DNA of 47,040 bases from a virus (taxonomy: Duplodnaviria; Caudoviricetes): positions 1 through 47,040 of IMG/VR virus record IMGVR_UViG_3300034062_001837. The stretch is one strand, 5' to 3'. The stretch's first letter is position 1. Every line of letters starts with the position of its first letter. The notes beneath the pieces were generated by a model, which was given only the letters and a program-made list of their open reading frames with translations, was not told the DNA's origin and did not search any database. The position numbers and the translations under genes were made by a program. Shown here one piece after another: positions 46,578 through 47,040 of the stretch.

Positions 46578-47018
46578 ATGTCAAGACCAATTGAAGCCAC
46601 GTCCCCGTTGGACCTGGACACCGTCAAGATCATCGTATGGGCCAGTGAGCATGGAACTGGTCAGCCCAACATCAGTCGCTTGTACGACATGGAGGCAGCC
46701 GATGGCTTGGACCTTAGCCGCGGTACCTTTTTCAATGCCGTCAAGGGGCGTAAAGTCACGCAGCACGTGATCGAAAAGATCGATGAGTTGATCGCAATCA
46801 GGGGTTGGAGGGCCAAGTGGCTTGAGCATTGCCGGGAGGAGCACAAGAAGCGGGTCATTCGGGCTTTTGAGAGTCCTCCTGCTTTTTGTTCGGTGTGCGG
46901 GCACGGTTGTCCGAACTGCGGGTCTGCCAAGTCAGAGCAACGACGGAAGGCCGTCTTCGGTTACCTCCGCATGGATCCTGTGGATCTCGGCTGTAAGGTT
47001 CGCGACCACGAAGAATAA
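46578..47018 (+). CDS. putative DNA-binding regulator with C-terminal zinc ribbon
   Basis: Only credible plus-strand gene; AAGGA SD; HTH-like LSRGTFFNAVKG and CSVCGHGCPNC. Confidence 0.6.
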   Translation: MSRPIEATSPLDLDTVKIIVWASEHGTGQPNISRLYDMEAADGLDLSRGTFFNAVKGRKVTQHVIEKIDELIAIRGWRAKWLEHCREEHKKRVIRAFESPPAFCSVCGHGCPNCGSAKSEQRRKAVFGYLRMDPVDLGCKVRDHEE

Positions 47019-47040
47019 AAAAAGAGGGCTCAAGGCCCTC
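47016..47040 (-). terminator. terminator hairpin (U-tract on minus strand; possibly bidirectional)
   Basis: AAAAAAA-GAGGGC-TCAAG-GCCCTC at the window edge. Confidence 0.55.

Overview
The window is most of a tailed dsDNA phage genome, probably podovirus-like since it has no tape-measure, sheath or baseplate genes. Almost every gene lies on the minus strand. In transcription order (right to left) it carries: terminase small and large subunits, portal, a GroES-like co-chaperonin, scaffold, major capsid protein, decoration and head-closure proteins, two tail fibres (one with a peptidase S74 chaperone), a lysis cassette, tail adaptor and nozzle proteins, an unexpected acyl carrier protein + ketoacyl synthase + GNAT-like trio, and four large internal virion (ejection) proteins. 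A second operon follows: a DUF932 protein, a nucleotide-metabolism or base-modification cluster (SAM methyltransferase, MazG-like pyrophosphatase, dNMP kinase fused to a UDG-like domain, Asp-type thymidylate synthase homologue, dCMP deaminase), family A DNA polymerase, nuclease, SSB-like protein and an AEP-type primase that runs off the left edge. The most notable signals are (1) a putative virion protein fatty-acylation module, (2) the pyrimidine modification cluster, (3) a ~166-bp palindromic element present twice and bracketing the whole 37-kb morphogenesis module, and (4) a recurrent [YFML]-[AK]-x-G-G motif shared by many virion proteins. All functional calls come from motif recognition by eye; no searches were run.
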